A stretch of DNA of 64,000 nucleotides from Acidimicrobiales bacterium. Lineage in GTDB: Bacteria > Actinomycetota > Acidimicrobiia > Acidimicrobiales > Aldehydirespiratoraceae. Positions 43,810 to 51,542 of this stretch are shown piece by piece. The stretch covers positions 1,412,305 to 1,476,304 of the forward strand of contig JAWKIR010000002.1 in NCBI GenBank assembly GCA_041394245.1, given 5' to 3'. The position numbers and the translations under genes are program-made. Position 1 is the first letter of the stretch; each line of letters opens with the position of its first letter. The notes below the pieces were generated by a model that was given only the letters and a program-made list of their open reading frames with translations, made no database searches and had not been told where the DNA came from.

Positions 43810-44843
43810 CAGCGGTGCATCCGCCCCGCGTGACCACGGCTGAACTCCAACACCTCGCCCGCGGGCAGGCACCGTTCGTGTCGATCTATGTCGACACCCG
43901 CACCGCGCACCGAGACACGCTCGTGCAGCGCGTCGCCGCCGTCGCCGACGGCCTCTGCGTCCTCGGCGCGCCGGACGACATCGTGCGTCGGACGACCACG
44001 GCGTTCCTGGCGCCGCCCGCCGATCGCGCCGGCCTCGCCGTTGTCGCGTCCAGCGACGGTCGGACCGTCGTCGCGTCCTCGCCCGAACCGTTCGAGCGGG
44101 ACGTCGGTTTGTACTCCCGGGTCCCGTACCTCGGGCCGATGATCGAGATCGCCCAACAATCGATCACACATGCCGTCGTGCGCGACACCGAGCACGGCGT
44201 GCCCGACCTCACGGTGTTCGGCGCGGACGGCAGCGTCCAGACGACCACCGCGGCGGCACCACAGCGCACCGACGACGTGCTCGCGGAAGTCGTTCGCCAC
44301 GATCCGGCCGTCGTTTTCGTCGTCGGAGACGCCCCGACGTCGATGGTCACCCACCTCGAGCGAATGGTCGCCGAGAACCGCCTCCGCCCCGACTGCAGGA
44401 TCGAGCCCCTCGACGAGGGAACCGACGACGACGTCGCCGACGCCGTCGTGCGCCACGCCGCCGGCGTGGTGGCCTCCCACAAGGTCGAGTTGCTGCGCGA
44501 GTTCCGCTTCGAACGCTCGCACGGGCGGGCCGTCGACGGCATCGACGCGGTTGTCGCGGCGGTCAACGCCGGACTGGTCGCCACCTTGATCCTCAACGCC
44601 GACCCCGACGACCATCGTCGGGCGATCGTCGGCTCCGAGGGAGACATCGTCCCCCTGGACGGTCCGGTCGCCTCTCCGTCACCCGCCGTCGACGAGGTCC
44701 CGCTCGTCGACGCGCTCATCTGGGCCACTCTGGCCCGCGGGGGCGCCGGCGCGGTCATCCCGACGACCGGCGACGGCGGACCGGCCGACGACATCGGAGC
44801 GCTGCTGATCCCGCGACCGGCGAACGGTCTCATCGACCGGTGA
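43806..44843 (+). CDS. bacterial eRF1-like (baeRF / Rv2629 / Balon-like) protein; the CDS is well supported but the function is tentative
   Basis: ATGA overlap with the USP gene. 345 aa. The N-terminus ..LQHLARGQAPFVSIYVDTRTAH.. resembles the ..GPWASVYLDTS.. start of actinobacterial proteins annotated Vms1/Ankzf1- or Rv2629-like (from memory). USP neighbourhood. Confidence 0.45.
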   Translation: MTAVHPPRVTTAELQHLARGQAPFVSIYVDTRTAHRDTLVQRVAAVADGLCVLGAPDDIVRRTTTAFLAPPADRAGLAVVASSDGRTVVASSPEPFERDVGLYSRVPYLGPMIEIAQQSITHAVVRDTEHGVPDLTVFGADGSVQTTTAAAPQRTDDVLAEVVRHDPAVVFVVGDAPTSMVTHLERMVAENRLRPDCRIEPLDEGTDDDVADAVVRHAAGVVASHKVELLREFRFERSHGRAVDGIDAVVAAVNAGLVATLILNADPDDHRRAIVGSEGDIVPLDGPVASPSPAVDEVPLVDALIWATLARGGAGAVIPTTGDGGPADDIGALLIPRPANGLIDR

Positions 44844-44870
44844 CGCCGGCACCACGATCGAGGGCCTGAC

Positions 44871-46442
44871 TCAGGGATGCGCCGTGCGGAACCGGACCTC
44901 TCGCTCGAGACTGGTCGACAGCAGACCGCTGCGCTCCTCCGCCGCGAAGACCTCCAGCTCGGCGCTCTCGCCGTCGGCGACGTGCAGCTCGATGTCGAGC
45001 CGCGTGTCGGAGATGGTCACTCCGGTGCGTTCCACGACCCGTCGATAGCTGCGATCGAGCCCGATGCCCACGCGCAGCAGCCCGGCCAGGACCCGCACCG
45101 TGTGCTGGTCCTGCTCTGGGAGGGCGGAGAACTCGAGATGACGGGGCCGCGGTTCGCTCTTGCGGTGATAGCGGGCGACGAGCGCGATCAGCTCGAGCTC
45201 CTGCTCGGTGAACCCCAACAATTGCTCGGAGTTGCGGATCAGGTAGTAGGAGTGCTTGTGGTGGGCGGCGTGTGCGATGAAACGCCCGACGTTGTGGAGG
45301 ACGCCGGCCGCCTCGAGGATCTCCCGCTCGGGCTCACCCAAACCGTGGATCGGGGCGGTCTCGTCGAACAGCCCGAGTGCAAGGTCGGTCGCGTGCTTCG
45401 CATGGGCGACGTCTTCGTCGAAGCGGTCCGCAACGGCGAGCACGCTGCGGCGCCGGAGGTCGGGAAGGTGATGCAGCGCGCCCTTCGCCCCGGCCCGTCG
45501 GTCCAGCCGATCGAGAACGACCCCCTCGCGTAGCGCGTTGGGTGACACCACCATCTCGTCGATGCCGAAGGCTCGGAACAGCTGCTGCAGCAGGATCGCG
45601 CCGGCGACGATCACATCGGCGCGTGCCTCGTCGAGCCCGGCGAGATCGGCGCGATCCTCCGGCGTCGGTCGTTCGACGAGGGCGTTCACCACCGAACTGA
45701 GTCCCTCACGGGTGAGCACCAGATTGTCGATCGTCCGCACTGTCCGGCCCTCCATTCGGGCTGCCATCGTGGCGACGGTCTCGATGGTCCCCGAGCAGCC
45801 GATCGCCACCTCGTGGCCCAGTGCCCCGACCTCGTTCGCGACCGTCGAGAGGAACGACTTCAGGTACGACTTCAGCTGCCTGACCGACCCCTCGGCGACG
45901 ACACCTCCGGGCATGAAGCCGTCGGTCAGCCGAATGTGACCGAGCTTCATCGAGCGGACCAGCAGGGGTTCGGTCTCGCAGCCGACCACGATCTCCGTCG
46001 ACCCACCCCCGATGTCGATGACCAGATGGTTGCCCGATCCGACTGCGACTGCACTGAGCGCGCCCAGATGGATGAGTCGCGCCTCCTCCACACCGGCGAT
46101 CACCTCGAGGCGCACACCGGTCCGGCGGCGCACCTCGCGCAGAAACGCACGCGGATCGGCCGACTCGCGGACCGCGCTCGTCGCTACCGCGACCAGTTCG
46201 GCGTCGTAGCCCGCCGCGATCTGGGCGAACCGATCGACGGCGGCGATGGCACGTTCCACCGCATCCGGATCGAGCGACTTCATGTCGCGCTCGCCCGACC
46301 CGAGGCGGACCTTCTCGCGATCGCGGGCGATCACGTCGAGCGGTCCGAGCGGCGTCGCCCGGGCGATGACGAGGTGGACGGAGTTCGTGCCGACGTCGAT
46401 CGCCGCGAGCGGTCGTTCGGCATCGGGACTCGTGTCTGTCAC
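44871..46442 (-). CDS. Ppx/GppA family exopolyphosphatase / guanosine pentaphosphate phosphohydrolase with a C-terminal HD-like region
   Basis: AAIDVGTNSVHLVI, IDIGGGSTE, GCSGT ASKHA-fold motifs. ..HHKHSYYLI.. in the C-domain. Confidence 0.85.
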   Translation of the reverse strand: MTDTSPDAERPLAAIDVGTNSVHLVIARATPLGPLDVIARDREKVRLGSGERDMKSLDPDAVERAIAAVDRFAQIAAGYDAELVAVATSAVRESADPRAFLREVRRRTGVRLEVIAGVEEARLIHLGALSAVAVGSGNHLVIDIGGGSTEIVVGCETEPLLVRSMKLGHIRLTDGFMPGGVVAEGSVRQLKSYLKSFLSTVANEVGALGHEVAIGCSGTIETVATMAARMEGRTVRTIDNLVLTREGLSSVVNALVERPTPEDRADLAGLDEARADVIVAGAILLQQLFRAFGIDEMVVSPNALREGVVLDRLDRRAGAKGALHHLPDLRRRSVLAVADRFDEDVAHAKHATDLALGLFDETAPIHGLGEPEREILEAAGVLHNVGRFIAHAAHHKHSYYLIRNSEQLLGFTEQELELIALVARYHRKSEPRPRHLEFSALPEQDQHTVRVLAGLLRVGIGLDRSYRRVVERTGVTISDTRLDIELHVADGESAELEVFAAEERSGLLSTSLEREVRFRTAHP

Positions 46443-46516
46443 ACCGAGACCCTACGCATGCAATCGGCGTGTCCGGCGGCTTCCGCAGCGACGACGACAC
46501 GGTACGCGTTGCGTCG

Positions 46517-47023
46517 TCATGGTCGGGGTCGGCGCCGTGGGCCGCGGCGCTCCTCCATCTGTCGATTGACCTCGTCGACGAACCCCGGCGTCTGACGTCC
46601 TGCGGTGACACGACTCACTGCGACATACGAGGCCGCGCCCACCGGAATGGGGAGCCAGAAGTTGATCAGCCGGTACGCCACGACCCCGATCGATGCCTCG
46701 GCCCGAGGCGTACCGAAGCCCACGAGCGTCGGGATGAGGATCGCCTCGATGACACCGAGTCCGCCGGGACTGACCGGAACCGCCGCCATCACGTTGGCGA
46801 GGCCGTAGGCGACCAGCAGACCCACGACACCGGGACGGTGGCCGAAGGCCGACAGCATGATCCACAACGCCGCCGCGTCGAGCAACCAGTTCGCCGCGGC
46901 GAGCACCACCACCATCCGGAGACGGGAGCGGTCCCGTTCGAGCATCCTGAGCAGATCGGCCAACTGCAGCATCGACTCGCGAACCCGACGGAACTCCGGG
47001 GATCCCGCGAGCCACTTCGACAT
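46517..47023 (-). CDS. C-terminal half of a lysylphosphatidylglycerol-synthase-TM-like (UPF0104, flippase-like) membrane protein; possibly a truncated remnant
   Basis: Four TM helices with the VSPGGLGVIEA motif. The upstream in-frame sequence is non-hydrophobic and antisense to the SnoaL gene. Confidence 0.45.
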   Translation of the reverse strand: MSKWLAGSPEFRRVRESMLQLADLLRMLERDRSRLRMVVVLAAANWLLDAAALWIMLSAFGHRPGVVGLLVAYGLANVMAAVPVSPGGLGVIEAILIPTLVGFGTPRAEASIGVVAYRLINFWLPIPVGAASYVAVSRVTAGRQTPGFVDEVNRQMEERRGPRRRPRP

Positions 47024-47128
47024 CCCGGGTGACCGCACGGTCGAGATCGGAACCAGCGTCAACCTCTGATCCCGGTCGGCGCTTGCTATGGTCGCCGCCG
47101 ACCGACGAGCTCTGAGGTGGGACACGAG

Positions 47129-47563
47129 ATGGATGCCGAGACCAACAAGGCGATCGTCCGGCAGTACTGGGATGCGCTCGCCGCCCGCGACTGGGACGCC
47201 ATGATGGCGCTGCTCACCGACGACGCCGAATACACCGATGTCGGCGCGGGCGGCCGGGCCGGGATCGGACCCGAAGGGGTGGTGGCCCGCTTGAAGATCG
47301 GAATCGAGTCGCTGTCCGACTATCGGCATCTGCCCGGCGAGAAGATGATCGCCGAGGGAGATCTCGTGATGACCGAACACACCGAGCAGTGGCACTTCCA
47401 CACCGGCGAGGTCTTCGACCATTCGTTCGTCTCGGTCACCGAACTGCGTGACGGCAAGATCTTCCGCTGGCACGACTACAGCAACATCTCGAACATCTAC
47501 GACAACGCACCGCAGTGGTGGCTCGAGGACGTCGCCCGCCGGGCGAGCGAGCTACCGCAGTAG
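47129..47563 (+). CDS. SnoaL/limonene-1,2-epoxide-hydrolase-like (NTF2 fold) protein
   Basis: ATG behind GAGGTGGGA. ..NKAIVRQYWDALAARDWDAMMALLTDDAEY... Confidence 0.7.
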   Translation: MDAETNKAIVRQYWDALAARDWDAMMALLTDDAEYTDVGAGGRAGIGPEGVVARLKIGIESLSDYRHLPGEKMIAEGDLVMTEHTEQWHFHTGEVFDHSFVSVTELRDGKIFRWHDYSNISNIYDNAPQWWLEDVARRASELPQ

Positions 47564-47590
47564 CGACGCCGCCGGCTCTGCCGCGGCCGG

Positions 47591-49318
47591 TCAGGTACGG
47601 ACGAGGCGACCGGGGCGGGCGCCGGTGTCGACGCCGTAGCGCCGGGTGACGGCGCCGTTGACGATGGTGGCGACATAGCCGGTGACGTCTTGGAGGATGC
47701 GGCGACCACCGGCCGGAAGGTCGTCGACGGGACGCGGCGCATGCAGCGTGAGCCCCTCGAAGTCGATCACGTTGAGGTCGGCCCGCTTGCCGACCTCGAT
47801 CGTGCCCCGGTCGGTCAGTCCGACCGCGGCGGCGGTCTCCGCGGTCTGCTTGCGCACCACGGTCTCGAGCGGCAGCGTCGCCCCGCGGGAGCGGTCACGG
47901 GCCCAATGGGTGAGGAGGTAGGTCGTCACCGACGCGTCGCAGATCATCTTCACGTGGGCACCGCCGTCGGAGAGGCCGATGACGGTGTCGGGGTGCGTGA
48001 TCATCTCGGCCAACGGATCCCCGCTGACCTGGGGGTAGTTGGTGAACGCGCCGAGCAGGTAGTCGCCGGCCGCCAGGTGGTCGTAGAGCACGTCCCACGG
48101 ATCTCTTCCGGTCGCCGCGGCGATCCCGGCGACCGACATCTCCGGCGTGGGCTCGTAGTCGGGCTCCGGTCCGAGGGGGAACACCAGGTGCCACATGTGC
48201 GGCATCGACTCGCACAGGCCCTCGAACTGGCGACGGGGATCCGGGGCGAGGTCGTCCTCGCCGAGGATGGCGGCCTTCACCTCGGGCTTGCGAAGCTCCT
48301 CGAGGAGTTGGTCGAGCGGCAACGAATCCTCGAGGCGTCGGAAGGTGGGTCGCCGCATCAACCCGTGGTACGACGCGGCCCCGAGCAGCATGCCGCCGGG
48401 CCGCGCGCCGACCTGGGGGATGAGGTGCGCCCCCTTGGCGTTCTCCTCGGCCACCAACGCGAGCTGGTCTCGCCAGAGTTCCGGCGCACCCATGGTCTGG
48501 ACCATCAGGAACGGCACCGCCAGCCCGGCCGAGCGGGAGACGTCGGCCATGAGGGCGATCTCGCCCAGCGTCAGCTCGTGGTCGCCGCCGGTCTCCCCCA
48601 TGGGCACGACTTCGAACAACCCGCCGCCGGCCTCGACGACTGCGGCGGCAAGACCGGTCAGCTCGTCGGCCCCGGCGTAGGTACCGGGCACGAGCTCGCC
48701 GTCGAGCGACTTGTGGTTCATCGAGCGTGATGTCGAGAACCCGACCGCGCCGGCCTCGACGCCTTCACGAACGAGTCGGGCCATCTCGGCGACGTCGGCC
48801 TCGGTGGCGTCCTCGTTCTTCGCCCCGCGCTCCCCCATCACGTAGACCCGCAGCGGGGCGTGGGGCATGAACACCGCAATGTCGAGGGCGAACTCGCGGC
48901 GACCGAGCGCATCGAGGTACTCCGGGAAGGTCTCCCACTCCCACTGGATGCCTTCGTGCAGGGCCGTTCCCGGGATGTCCTCGACGCCCTCCATCAGTTC
49001 GACCAGCCAGTTCTCCTGTCCGGGCCGAACGGGGGCGAAGCCGACGCCGCAATTGCCGGCGACCACCGTCGTCACGCCATGACTGGCCGAGGGGTCGAGC
49101 ACCGGATCCCATGTGGCCTGTCCGTCGTAGTGCGTGTGGATGTCGACGAACCCCGGCGTCACGAGGAGTCCGGTGGCGTCGATCGTCTCGGTCGCGTCGC
49201 CATCGACGTCGGCACCCACCGCGACGATCACTCCGTCGGCGATGGCAATGTCGCCCACGAACCGGTCGCGGCCCGTGCCGTCGACGATCGTTCCACCCTT
49301 GATGACGAGATCGAACAT
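47591..49318 (-). CDS. N-acyl-D-amino-acid deacylase (D-aminoacylase) family amidohydrolase
   Basis: Start MFDLVIKGG (cat at 49316-18). PGFVDIHTHYD, HGVTTVVAGNCG, GLSDGGAH, GKRADLNVID. Confidence 0.8.
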   Translation of the reverse strand: MFDLVIKGGTIVDGTGRDRFVGDIAIADGVIVAVGADVDGDATETIDATGLLVTPGFVDIHTHYDGQATWDPVLDPSASHGVTTVVAGNCGVGFAPVRPGQENWLVELMEGVEDIPGTALHEGIQWEWETFPEYLDALGRREFALDIAVFMPHAPLRVYVMGERGAKNEDATEADVAEMARLVREGVEAGAVGFSTSRSMNHKSLDGELVPGTYAGADELTGLAAAVVEAGGGLFEVVPMGETGGDHELTLGEIALMADVSRSAGLAVPFLMVQTMGAPELWRDQLALVAEENAKGAHLIPQVGARPGGMLLGAASYHGLMRRPTFRRLEDSLPLDQLLEELRKPEVKAAILGEDDLAPDPRRQFEGLCESMPHMWHLVFPLGPEPDYEPTPEMSVAGIAAATGRDPWDVLYDHLAAGDYLLGAFTNYPQVSGDPLAEMITHPDTVIGLSDGGAHVKMICDASVTTYLLTHWARDRSRGATLPLETVVRKQTAETAAAVGLTDRGTIEVGKRADLNVIDFEGLTLHAPRPVDDLPAGGRRILQDVTGYVATIVNGAVTRRYGVDTGARPGRLVRT

Positions 49319-49359
49319 GCGCCGACGGTAGTGGCACCTCCGTCGGGCGACCCAACCCT

Positions 49360-49629
49360 TCAGGCCGTGATCGCGTCTCGTCCGACTCCCACACAGGTGT
49401 CGGTGGTGGCCGGCGCGGCGATGCGGTGGACGACCCGACGTTCGCTCGCGTCGTTGACCGCGTAGTGCTGCACGGCCTGCTGGTCCCAGATCAGCAGGTC
49501 GCCCTCCGTCCAGCGGTGACGGAACGCATACTCGGGCTTTTGCATGTGGCGCAGGAGCAGATCGAGCAGCATCTCCGCCTCGAGCCCGTCGAGCAACTCC
49601 TGACACCTTTCTACCGAACAAGGTAGGTG
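49360..49629 (-). pseudogene. remnant of a TauD/TfdA-family Fe(II)/2OG dioxygenase (C-terminal about 85 aa only)
   Basis: ..LLDLLLRHMQKPEYAFRHRWTEGDLLIWDQQAVQHYAVNDASERRVVHRI matches the family C-terminus. The frame opens only at 49629, inside the hairpin that follows the ABC operon. Confidence 0.55.
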
Positions 49630-49633
49630 TCAG
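49600..49633 (-). terminator. compound stem-loop after the ABC exporter operon
   Basis: CTGACAC(c ttt)CTACC gaacaa GGTAG GTGTCAG gives 12 bp with a bulge. No U-tract. Confidence 0.4.
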
Positions 49634-49643
49634 AAGGTCGCCG

Positions 49644-51542
49644 CTAGAGGATCTCGTCGCGGGCAGCGCCGGCGAACTGCGAGTTGTAGAGCCGGGCGTA
49701 GGCGCCGTTCCGCCTGAGCAGCTCGTCGTGGGATCCCTGTTCGACGATGTCGCCGTCCTCCATCACGAGGATGATGTCGGCACCACGGATCGTCGACAGA
49801 CGATGGGCGATGACGAAGCTGGTGCGGTTCTCCCGCACCGAGTTCATGGCCTCCTGGATGAGGACCTCGGTGCGGGTGTCGACCGAGCTGGTGGCCTCGT
49901 CGAGGATCAGGATCGTCGGATCGTTCAGGAATGCCCGGGCGATGGTGAGGAGCTGCTTCTCCCCCTGGCTGATGCTGTCGCCGTTCTCGGAGATGACCGT
50001 GTCGTAGCCATCCGGCAGCCGTCGCACGAAACGATCGACATAGGTGACGCGGGCTGCTTCCATGATCTCGGCCTCGGTCGCCGCGGGATTGCCGTACGCG
50101 AGGTTCTCGCGGATCGTCCCTTCGAACAGCCAGGTGTCCTGCAGGACCATGCTGATCTGGGAGCGGAGCTCGTCTCGGGGCAGCTCCGTGATGTCGTGGC
50201 CATCGAGCGTGATGCGGCCGCCGTCGATCTCGTAGAACCGCATGAGGAGGTTGACGAGGGTGGTCTTGCCCGCGCCCGTCGGGCCGACGATCGCGACGGT
50301 CTGCCCGGGTTCGGCCACGACCGACAGGTCCTCGATCAGCGGACGGTCGGCAACATAGGAGAACGCGACATGGTCGAACACGACCCGTCCCTGGACGGGG
50401 ATCGACAGGCTCGCTCCGTGCGCGTCGGGTGATTGCTCATCGGCGTCGAGGACCTCGAGCACCCGCTCGAGCGATGCGATGCCCGACTGGAACACGGTGG
50501 CCATCGAGGCGAGCTGGCTCATCGGTTGCGAGAACTGGCGGGCGTACTGGATGAGCGCCTGCATGTCGCCCACCGTGATCGCGCCGCTGGTGATCCGGAG
50601 CCCACCGATGACGGCGATCATGACGTACTGGATGTTGCCCACGAACATCATGACCGGCTGGATGAGGCTGGACAGGAACTGGGCGCCGAAGCTGGCGTCG
50701 TGGAGCTCGCGATTGTGTTCGTGGAACGCAGCCGCCACCTCGTCGCGACGGCCGAACGCGGCGACGACCTCGTGCCCGGTGAAGACCTCCTCGACGTGCC
50801 CGTTGAGCGTGCCGGTGTGCGCCCACTGGGCCATGAACCGCGGCCGGGCCCGGCCGGCGATCATCTTCATGCCCCAAAGCGACAGCGGCATCGTGACGAG
50901 GGCGACCAGCGTCATGAGCGGTGAGATCACCAGCATCATCACCACCACGCCGACCAGGGTCAGCACCGAGGTGAGGATCATGGCCATCGACTGCTGGAGG
51001 CTCTGCGACAGGTTGTCGATGTCGTTGGTGACCCGGCTGAGGAAGTCGCCTCGGGCCTGCGTGTCGAGATACGCGAGCGGCAAACGGTTCAGCTTCGCCT
51101 CGACCGATCGGCGAAGCGAGTACATGGCCCGCTGCACGATGCCCGCGAGCATGAACCCCTGGCCGTAGGAGAGCGCCCAGCTGAGGAGGTAGACGCCGCC
51201 GATGAAGAACAGGGTCGAATGGAGCTCGTCGAAGTCGATGCCGTCGGGGCTCCGCAGTCCGTCGACGATCACGTCGGTGGCGCGGCCCAAGAGGCGCGGC
51301 CCGATCACGACCAGGGAGACACTCGACACGGCGAGGAAGGCGACGATCCACACCCGGGCCCGTTCGGGGGTGAGGATCACCCAGAGCCGGCGCAACGAGG
51401 CAGTGAAGTTCTCGCTCCGCACGGTCGGCATCGCCATGCCGGAACCGAAGCTGCGGGTCCGTTCCGACGGGTTGCCGGCGTTCTCCATGATCCGGCGGTC
51501 TTCTTCGCTGGTGCGCTTGGAGTCGTCGTCGGTCGACGTCAT
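49644..51542 (-). CDS. ABC exporter, fused permease/ATPase (heterodimer partner 2)
   Basis: Start MTSTDDD (cat at 51540-42). Six-TM domain, Walker A GPTGAGKTT, signature ISQGEKQ (degenerate LSGGQ), Walker B ILILDEATS. Confidence 0.85.
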   Translation of the reverse strand: MTSTDDDSKRTSEEDRRIMENAGNPSERTRSFGSGMAMPTVRSENFTASLRRLWVILTPERARVWIVAFLAVSSVSLVVIGPRLLGRATDVIVDGLRSPDGIDFDELHSTLFFIGGVYLLSWALSYGQGFMLAGIVQRAMYSLRRSVEAKLNRLPLAYLDTQARGDFLSRVTNDIDNLSQSLQQSMAMILTSVLTLVGVVVMMLVISPLMTLVALVTMPLSLWGMKMIAGRARPRFMAQWAHTGTLNGHVEEVFTGHEVVAAFGRRDEVAAAFHEHNRELHDASFGAQFLSSLIQPVMMFVGNIQYVMIAVIGGLRITSGAITVGDMQALIQYARQFSQPMSQLASMATVFQSGIASLERVLEVLDADEQSPDAHGASLSIPVQGRVVFDHVAFSYVADRPLIEDLSVVAEPGQTVAIVGPTGAGKTTLVNLLMRFYEIDGGRITLDGHDITELPRDELRSQISMVLQDTWLFEGTIRENLAYGNPAATEAEIMEAARVTYVDRFVRRLPDGYDTVISENGDSISQGEKQLLTIARAFLNDPTILILDEATSSVDTRTEVLIQEAMNSVRENRTSFVIAHRLSTIRGADIILVMEDGDIVEQGSHDELLRRNGAYARLYNSQFAGAARDEIL

